From positions 87,093-151,092 of the forward strand of contig JBEIPA010000013.1 of NCBI GenBank assembly GCA_040377305.1: 64,000 nt of DNA. Reading direction: 5' to 3'. How positions within the stretch are numbered: the first letter of the stretch is position 1; each line of letters begins with the position of its first letter. This document shows, piece after piece, positions 57,792-64,000 of the stretch. The notes below the pieces were generated by a model. That model was not told the DNA's origin and made no database searches. It was given only the letters and a program-made list of their open reading frames with translations. This stretch comes from Flavobacteriales bacterium. GTDB lineage: Bacteria; Bacteroidota; Bacteroidia; Palsa-965. The position numbers and the translations under genes are program-made.

Positions 57792-59087
57792 TTAACTATT
57801 TATCCATAGTCTTCCTTCGTGCAAAGGAACAGTATGTTTTCTATTTTTCCATTTAATATTTCTGTCCCGTAGCTTTTCAAACGAGTAATCGCCAAATCCT
57901 GCGGACACGGCCAATTTCCCAAGCCATTGGTCGACAGGAACATAAATTCCATAAGGAGCAGAATCACCAATAACAAAACACATTTTGCTATTTTGATTGG
58001 TGGCCCGTCGAAGTGAATGGAATACATCAGCGAGGTCGTTAAAATATGCGGCTATCATTAGATGATAGTTTTTCTTGCCACCATGTTTCAAGCGTTCTTC
58101 TTTAAGTTTTTCAAAAACCTCTAAAAGTTCTGATTGAATAACGGATAATCTTGGATTAGACAAAATACTGTCAACACTATCTCCCAGCTTAGACACGTGT
58201 TGCGTACAAGCTCTAACTAAGTGCTTTCTGACGTGATCTTGTAAATCGGCCCACCCGCTAATGTCGCCCCAGAAAGTCATTTCCAGTCTCGTAGCATCAG
58301 CATAGTCATAGTTATTTGCATAAGGTGGAGATGTAATTACTAAGTCGCCCCAATTATCTGGTATCGATTGTATGTTTCTAGCATCTTCATTCAAGATGAT
58401 TGAATCAACTGGATTTTTGATGCGGCTCTGGGTCCGCTTCATATCTAGATACATGGCAACAACTTTGGCTTCAAAAGCCACAAACGGGTCTATGACTTTC
58501 GATTTAGTTTTGTTCGGTTGAATATATTGCCACTGGGCAGTTCCTACCGGAGAAGTTGTACGAAGTATTGAGGTAATGATGAACCAGTTGAAATTCTTGA
58601 TTTCATTTTCCTGTTTCATCTCTAACCAAGTTTGTTTGAGCGCTTCGAGTTTTTGAATTGTTTCGATAGGATAACAGCTCATTATTAGTTTCGGAAATTC
58701 AACTTTTGTTATCGTTTTGTTCTTGGCCTTTTTTAGTAAGGCGAGAGCTTCTTCTTTAAATTTCTCTGCTGGGAAATTCCAACTTAATTTGGCCTGTGCA
58801 ATTCGATAAATATATGGATGAGCTTCTACACCATATGATTCAACTCCTGCAAATTCGCTTTCAAGCAATACTGTTCCTGAGCCCGCAAAAGGGTCAATAA
58901 TTTTACTTCTGCCGTTGCTTATTTCTTTTCTAATCAATTCGCTAACCCACGCAGCAGAAAATCCTGCTGTATATCTATACCATTTGTGAATTGGCATTTT
59001 CATATTATCTGCGAAAGTCGCAGTATAATCCTGCTCAACCTTTATTTCATTCGGAAACAAGTCCAGAGTTTGTGCCTGATATGTCAT
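57792..59087 (-). CDS. DNA amino-methyltransferase (likely N4-cytosine)
   Basis: HKWYRY.AGFS; motif I IDPFAGSGT precedes motif IV VITSPPY. Confidence 0.9.
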   Translation of the reverse strand: MTYQAQTLDLFPNEIKVEQDYTATFADNMKMPIHKWYRYTAGFSAAWVSELIRKEISNGRSKIIDPFAGSGTVLLESEFAGVESYGVEAHPYIYRIAQAKLSWNFPAEKFKEEALALLKKAKNKTITKVEFPKLIMSCYPIETIQKLEALKQTWLEMKQENEIKNFNWFIITSILRTTSPVGTAQWQYIQPNKTKSKVIDPFVAFEAKVVAMYLDMKRTQSRIKNPVDSIILNEDARNIQSIPDNWGDLVITSPPYANNYDYADATRLEMTFWGDISGWADLQDHVRKHLVRACTQHVSKLGDSVDSILSNPRLSVIQSELLEVFEKLKEERLKHGGKKNYHLMIAAYFNDLADVFHSLRRATNQNSKMCFVIGDSAPYGIYVPVDQWLGKLAVSAGFGDYSFEKLRDRNIKWKNRKHTVPLHEGRLWINS

Positions 59088-59090
59088 AAT

Positions 59091-59399
59091 TCAATGTTGT
59101 TTATGCTTCTTTAAATACTTGATTTCCTCTTGTGCAGCGACCAAAATGTCTTTGACATATTTCTCCTCTACAAGTTGATAAGCCACTTGCTTACTCATGA
59201 ACTTTATAACTAGATCTTTTTCGTCGACCTTAAAAGTCTTTGCAATGATAGGCAGCATTTGTCTGCTTACTGGACGTTCTCCGCGCTCCAATTTGCTCAA
59301 CGTACTCTGATCAATGTCTAATACGGCAGCAAGTTTGCGCAACGGCATGGCTGACTCTTCTCTTAGGAGTCTAATATATTCACCTAGGTTTGTACCCAT
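59091..59399 (-). CDS. XRE-family HTH regulator (putative controller protein)
   Basis: LGEYIRLLRE...LRKLAAVLDIDQSTLSKLERGER. Confidence 0.93.
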   Translation of the reverse strand: MGTNLGEYIRLLREESAMPLRKLAAVLDIDQSTLSKLERGERPVSRQMLPIIAKTFKVDEKDLVIKFMSKQVAYQLVEEKYVKDILVAAQEEIKYLKKHKQH

Positions 59400-59414
59400 T
59401 TGGACAATAGTTTC

Positions 59415-59435
59415 TTGACAATGTTGTCAAAGTTA
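59415..59435 (-). promoter_or_regulatory. Operator-like inverted repeat overlapping a -7 promoter element
   Basis: ttgacaa-tg-ttgtcaa at 59415-59430; TAACTTTG on the minus strand at 59428-59435. Confidence 0.65.
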
Positions 59436-59516
59436 AGAAGGGCCATTGTGTCTTTCTAACTAATTAGACTTTCTTATTAACAGGTTTAGATTCTTACAGT
59501 TGTAAAATAGAATTGT

Positions 59517-59548
59517 TTATCCGTTTACAAACGTTTGTAAACGGATAA
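59517..59548. repeat. Perfect 32-bp palindrome
   Basis: ttatccgtttacaaacgtttgtaaacggataa equals its own reverse complement. Confidence 0.9.
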
Positions 59549-59557
59549 CCTTCCTGA

Positions 59558-60802
59558 TTATTGAAATTTCGTGTAAACGTTGAGAATTAACGTTTCGATG
59601 TGTGCAGCAGCTCTAAGTTCACCAATCACTAGAGAATTGGGATGTCCGCAACTATTCCTCAACTGCAAGCATTGCTCGAGTTCTTGTTTGACATTCTTGC
59701 CAATTATACCAGTACCAGCAATTATTTGAAGAAAACTATGCTCTTTCATACTTGTCAAATCATCAAACGTGTTTGCATTTTTCCATTTGGCATTGACCCG
59801 ACTAGCTTCTGCGTTAAATTGGACTAAGTGATTTTGAATTATGTGGTCATATAACAACGAAATCGCACCGACCCATGAAAGGACAACAGCTGCACGGTAG
59901 TTGGAGTTAGAATAACAACCAATAGCTTCGTCAACAAAATCTTTTGTTTGCTGATTTTGCAAGTTATTCACTTGTGCTCTAAATGCATTCGCCTTGACTT
60001 TAACTGCAGGTAGTTTTGTCGTTATACTTTCTCCAAACTCACCTTTGATGTAATCTGAAGTGACATCCGTCCCGAAATCTCGCAAAATGCTTTCGGTTAA
60101 CTGCTCTCCACCGGCACTTGCTTTTAATTTCTTGCGCAAGTCTTCTTTGGACAAACCGTTGTATTCATCAGCTACTTTGAAAATTTTAATTCGATGAAAC
60201 CCTTGCAGTCGAGTTTTAGTTCCGTCCAAGACTACCTCATATTTTCCTTCCTCATATGCCTTCTGCAATTTCTCAACTTCACTGTGATGTGCAGCAATTC
60301 GGTAGACCGGAATTTTCTTCTCTATAGTTTTGTATTTGATATAAATATTGAATTTTTGAAGAGCTATTGATGTGACTTTATTCGTTGATTCTTTGAGAGA
60401 CTTTGAGAATGCAAGGTGGGAAAGCACTATTTTGCCGTGTAAGTATCCCCACTCACCTTGAATAAAATTCTCCGTGATATCACGACCCATTTTTTGTAAG
60501 ACGCGTTCATAGTGGGTGCCTAAAAATGTATCAGGACCGGAATCCAATTTTTCGAAAGATGATTCAACGTCTTCACGATAACTATTCGAATTCGGCAGTT
60601 TGGAATTATCATAAATTCTGATCGCTCGAATCGGGCCAAACTTCATTTTAGAGCCGCGGAGAAACACTTCAGACGTTCCTTTTTTATAAGCAACAAGTAG
60701 TTTATCTAATTCTTGATCATTTAGTCCAAGTCGACACATCCATGGACTAATTACAGCATCATTCAATTGATAACATAAGTTGTATAGAGTTGTAGCTGTC
60801 AT
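59558..60802 (-). CDS. Tandem unknown-domain protein with C-terminal HEPN-like domain
   Basis: Two ~115-aa internal repeats; C-terminal EAIGCY...YRAAVVLSW and LRNSCGHP (Rx4H). Confidence 0.75.
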   Translation of the reverse strand: MTATTLYNLCYQLNDAVISPWMCRLGLNDQELDKLLVAYKKGTSEVFLRGSKMKFGPIRAIRIYDNSKLPNSNSYREDVESSFEKLDSGPDTFLGTHYERVLQKMGRDITENFIQGEWGYLHGKIVLSHLAFSKSLKESTNKVTSIALQKFNIYIKYKTIEKKIPVYRIAAHHSEVEKLQKAYEEGKYEVVLDGTKTRLQGFHRIKIFKVADEYNGLSKEDLRKKLKASAGGEQLTESILRDFGTDVTSDYIKGEFGESITTKLPAVKVKANAFRAQVNNLQNQQTKDFVDEAIGCYSNSNYRAAVVLSWVGAISLLYDHIIQNHLVQFNAEASRVNAKWKNANTFDDLTSMKEHSFLQIIAGTGIIGKNVKQELEQCLQLRNSCGHPNSLVIGELRAAAHIETLILNVYTKFQ

Positions 60803-60819
60803 GTCAAAGAAATGTGAGA

Positions 60820-63800
60820 CTATTCTAGAGGTACCCCCGCATCAAAACACCTCTTCGCCCACACCCCCATCAAACTCTCCCGCTCATACTGCGCAACAAT
60901 ACTATACAACAACGCTATCTGATCTTTCTTATAATAACTATCACTACTCGGATGATCCATCGTCTTGTACCATTGCACGCAGCCCATGAAATGATTGAAC
61001 GCAGTTGTGGCCATGGAGTCGGCGAGGATTTCGTCACCGCTCTTGTAGGCGGCGTCGGTCATGCTGATCCAGTAGTCGTCGGGAGCGATTTGCAGAGGGG
61101 GGATGTTGTTGACGCAGGTGCGGATGAGACCAGAAGCTTGTTCGTTCATTCCTGATTCGCAGAGCGCGTGCGCGGTGATGGCGCAGGAGTAACGATACGG
61201 ATCGCTGAACATGCGTTGCGTGGTTTCGTCGGCGTAAACGTCGAGATCGCTGAGGCCGCCCCAGGAGAATTTTTTCAGGAAGAGGTTGTAGGTTTTCTCG
61301 AGGTTGACCTGCGGACGCTCAACGAGATTTGCATCTTCACGCATGTTGTACGTAGGCACGAGTTTGTACGTGAGTCCTTCGAGCTGAAGAAAATTTCCGA
61401 GTCCGCCGTAACAGCTTTGCGGCATGTTCACTGCGAAATGGATCGGACGTTCCCAGTTGTTGTGCGCGAGTATGTCGAGAATGATGATCTGATCTTTGAG
61501 CAGATAACTTCCCGGAAGACTCCACATGATTTGACCGGAATCGTTATCGGCAGGAAGAATTACGGTGCGCGCAGGAATGTAATTCAACCAATCGCCGGCA
61601 ACGGTTTCGTATTGGTACTGCTTGTCGTCTGTGCTGAAAAAGTCGACCACGTTTTCGAGCAACATGGTGTCGTTACTTTCGATCATCATGTAATCGCGTG
61701 TGCCTTCGCGGTATTGCCAATGCTCCATGGCAATCGGAAGCGGATCGGAATCATATTGTTTTCTTTTCGCCTGATCGATGTGCCAATCGCTGCGGAAAAG
61801 TGAAAGACAAACAATGCGCACATCTTTGCGAACACCGAGCACTTCCTGCGCATACCAGAGCGGGAATGTATCGTTGTCGGCATAAGTGAAGAGAATTCCG
61901 TTTCGCTCACAGGACTCCAACATACTTATTGCGAGATCGCGTGCTACTGTACGGTTCGAACGGTCGTGGTCATCCCAATTTTGCACGAGTAGAAGAGTAG
62001 GAATGACGGCGCTCAACGAAACCGCCGCTGCGAGTGCAACTGTTCTTCCCAAAAGATTTTTCAGATCATAGAGGTACATAATTCCGAGACCAATCCATAT
62101 CGACCACGCGTAGAAGGAACCAACGAACGCATAATCACGTTCACGCGGTTGCCACGGCGTTTGATTGAGATAAAACACAATGGCAAGTCCGGTGAAAACA
62201 AAAAGTAATCCGGTGATGAGTGCATCGCGTTTTGAAACAGTCATGTGATAAAACATGCCTACAATGCCGAGAAGAAACGGCAACATGAAGTACACATTGT
62301 TTGCTTTGTTGTGCTGAATAGTTGGAGGCGCAAGTTCTTCGTCGCCTAATCGCCAGTTGTCGAGCGGAGCAATTCCGGATTTCCAGTTTCCTTCTGCATC
62401 GGGACCGCCTCCGGAGAAATCGTTTTGTCGCCCGGAGAAATTCCACATGAAGTAGCGGAAGTACATCCAACCCATTTGGTACGTGACGAAAAATTGCGCG
62501 TTCTGTGTGAATGTTGGAATGGTTACAGTTGTCGCAGTTCCATCTTCTTCTTCGAGTACAATTTCTTTTCCGGCACCATCGACCCAACTCTTGTAACCTT
62601 GTTCGTGTCCGGAGCTCCACATGCGCGGAAACCAAACGCACGCACGGTTGTCGTAATTCGCTACGCTGCTTTTGCGTGCGTCGCTGATCACATATTTTCC
62701 TGACTCTTCGTCTTTCGCATACACCGGACTTCCATCTACCCACGGTTCCTGTGAATCGTACGGTGTGCTGTATTGTTGTCCGTAAATCAACGGCCATGTT
62801 CCGTATTGTTCGCGATTGAGATACGACAACAAGCTTACAGGATCGCTCGGATTATTTTCGTTGATCGGTGTCCATGCATTTGCACGAATAACAATAACGA
62901 GAAAGCTGGAGTAACCCAACAGCAGCACGAGGAATGAAAGAACTGCAGTGTTGAGCCAACGGATTTTTCGCTGAGCGGAGAACCACAATCCGCCAACGAT
63001 GAGTGCGGCAACGAAAACAAAGAATACGAGAATGCCCGTGTTGAAACCGAATCCCATTTCGTTGACGAAAAACAATTCTGTTTTACCGGCGAGTTTTACA
63101 ATCCCTGGAATGAGAATGTCCTGTACACCGCCGAGTAGGAGCAATGCCAGCAAGAATGTTTTGAGTAATCCGAGTCGTGTTATTTTTTCCGTCTTGCGGA
63201 AATAATAGATAAACACGAGTGCAGGAATCGTAAGTAGATTCAGCAAGTGAACGCCGATGGAAAGTCCGATGAGAGCAGCAATGAAAACAATCCAGCGATC
63301 GCTTCGTGGATCATCTGCTTCGCCTTCCCAGCGCAACATGGCCCAGAACACCATTGCAGTGAAGAAGGAAGAGAGTGCGTATACTTCGCCTTCTACTGCA
63401 GAGAACCAGAATGAATCGGTGAATGCATACGTGAGTGATCCACACATTCCGCAGATCATGATAAGCACCATGCGTCCCTGAGAAAATTTATCGAGACGTT
63501 TGAGCACAATTTTCTTCGCGAGATGCGTGATCGTCCAGAAGAGAAACATCACTGTGCCCGCACTTGCTAACGCCGACATGCAGTTGATCCACCACGCCAC
63601 GTTTTCGTTGTTGCCCATGGAGAACAAACCGAACACGCGACCGAGAATGAGAAAGAATGGCGCACCGGGAGGATGGCCGCTTTCGAGTCCCCAGGCACAG
63701 GCGATGTACTCGCCGCAATCCCAGAAACTGGCTGTGGGCTCTAGCGTACAGATATAGACGAGACCGGAAATAAAGAATACTACCCAGCCGGACAATAGGT

Positions 63801-63831
63801 TGATTCGACGATACTGCTCAGGAATTTGCAC
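60820..63831 (-). CDS. DUF2723 / TMEM260-like GT-C membrane glycosyltransferase
   Basis: PTASFWDCGEYI; HPPGAP; FWFSAVEGEVY; GVHLLNLL; YLNREQYG; QPRERDY; DNDTFPLWY; GTG start behind TATCTTTG (63835-63842). Confidence 0.92.
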   Translation of the reverse strand: MQIPEQYRRINLLSGWVVFFISGLVYICTLEPTASFWDCGEYIACAWGLESGHPPGAPFFLILGRVFGLFSMGNNENVAWWINCMSALASAGTVMFLFWTITHLAKKIVLKRLDKFSQGRMVLIMICGMCGSLTYAFTDSFWFSAVEGEVYALSSFFTAMVFWAMLRWEGEADDPRSDRWIVFIAALIGLSIGVHLLNLLTIPALVFIYYFRKTEKITRLGLLKTFLLALLLLGGVQDILIPGIVKLAGKTELFFVNEMGFGFNTGILVFFVFVAALIVGGLWFSAQRKIRWLNTAVLSFLVLLLGYSSFLVIVIRANAWTPINENNPSDPVSLLSYLNREQYGTWPLIYGQQYSTPYDSQEPWVDGSPVYAKDEESGKYVISDARKSSVANYDNRACVWFPRMWSSGHEQGYKSWVDGAGKEIVLEEEDGTATTVTIPTFTQNAQFFVTYQMGWMYFRYFMWNFSGRQNDFSGGGPDAEGNWKSGIAPLDNWRLGDEELAPPTIQHNKANNVYFMLPFLLGIVGMFYHMTVSKRDALITGLLFVFTGLAIVFYLNQTPWQPRERDYAFVGSFYAWSIWIGLGIMYLYDLKNLLGRTVALAAAVSLSAVIPTLLLVQNWDDHDRSNRTVARDLAISMLESCERNGILFTYADNDTFPLWYAQEVLGVRKDVRIVCLSLFRSDWHIDQAKRKQYDSDPLPIAMEHWQYREGTRDYMMIESNDTMLLENVVDFFSTDDKQYQYETVAGDWLNYIPARTVILPADNDSGQIMWSLPGSYLLKDQIIILDILAHNNWERPIHFAVNMPQSCYGGLGNFLQLEGLTYKLVPTYNMREDANLVERPQVNLEKTYNLFLKKFSWGGLSDLDVYADETTQRMFSDPYRYSCAITAHALCESGMNEQASGLIRTCVNNIPPLQIAPDDYWISMTDAAYKSGDEILADSMATTAFNHFMGCVQWYKTMDHPSSDSYYKKDQIALLYSIVAQYERESLMGVWAKRCFDAGVPLE

Positions 63832-63845
63832 CCTCAAAGATAATG

Positions 63846-64000
63846 TTAACCACATAGGAACATAGTGTGTTAGGTGTTAGAAAAAAGGCGCGCCAAGGCG
63901 CGATACATAGGTCACAAGAGAAACGGGAGATGTGAAACATCTCCCATTTGTTACCTCGACTTTAACCACGTAGTATCATAGGGTGTTAGGTGTTAGAAAA
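63846..64000. repeat. Family B-related units (tandem, truncated by the window end)
   Basis: ttaaccacataggaacatag...cataggtcacaagag; second start ttaaccacgtagtatcatagggtgttaggtgttagaaaa at about 63962. Confidence 0.8.

Overview
Chromosomal window from a Bacteroidota bacterium, indicated by TAnnTTTG promoters and T9SS/gliding genes. The core genes are dprA, gpmI, tRNA-Val, exbB-exbD-tonB-folC, a Glu/Leu/Phe/Val dehydrogenase, anmK, an acyl-CoA dehydrogenase, murF, gldJ, porP-like, porU, porV, ispF, cdd, pdhA, pdhC, recG and a DUF2723-like gene. Several T9SS cargo genes and small accessory slots lie among them. Main points of interest: (1) An AT-rich defence-like island (about 56.9-60.8 kb) encodes a controller, methyltransferase and putative nuclease, plus a protein made of two tandem copies of an uncharacterised domain fused to a HEPN-like RNase domain. 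(2) The last 42 codons of recG occur three times in frame at a 165-bp period, synonymously recoded. (3) Many intergenic inverted-repeat families occur, several starting exactly at stop codons. (4) There are three tandem porV paralogs. (5) There is a CotH-VTC-DUF4956-DUF2490 cassette. (6) A tRNA-Val 3' end duplication resembles an integration scar. (7) A second tonB gene is bracketed by structured RNA. No CRISPR array, rRNA, integrase or transposase was seen. Family names come from motif recognition by eye, not from database searches.
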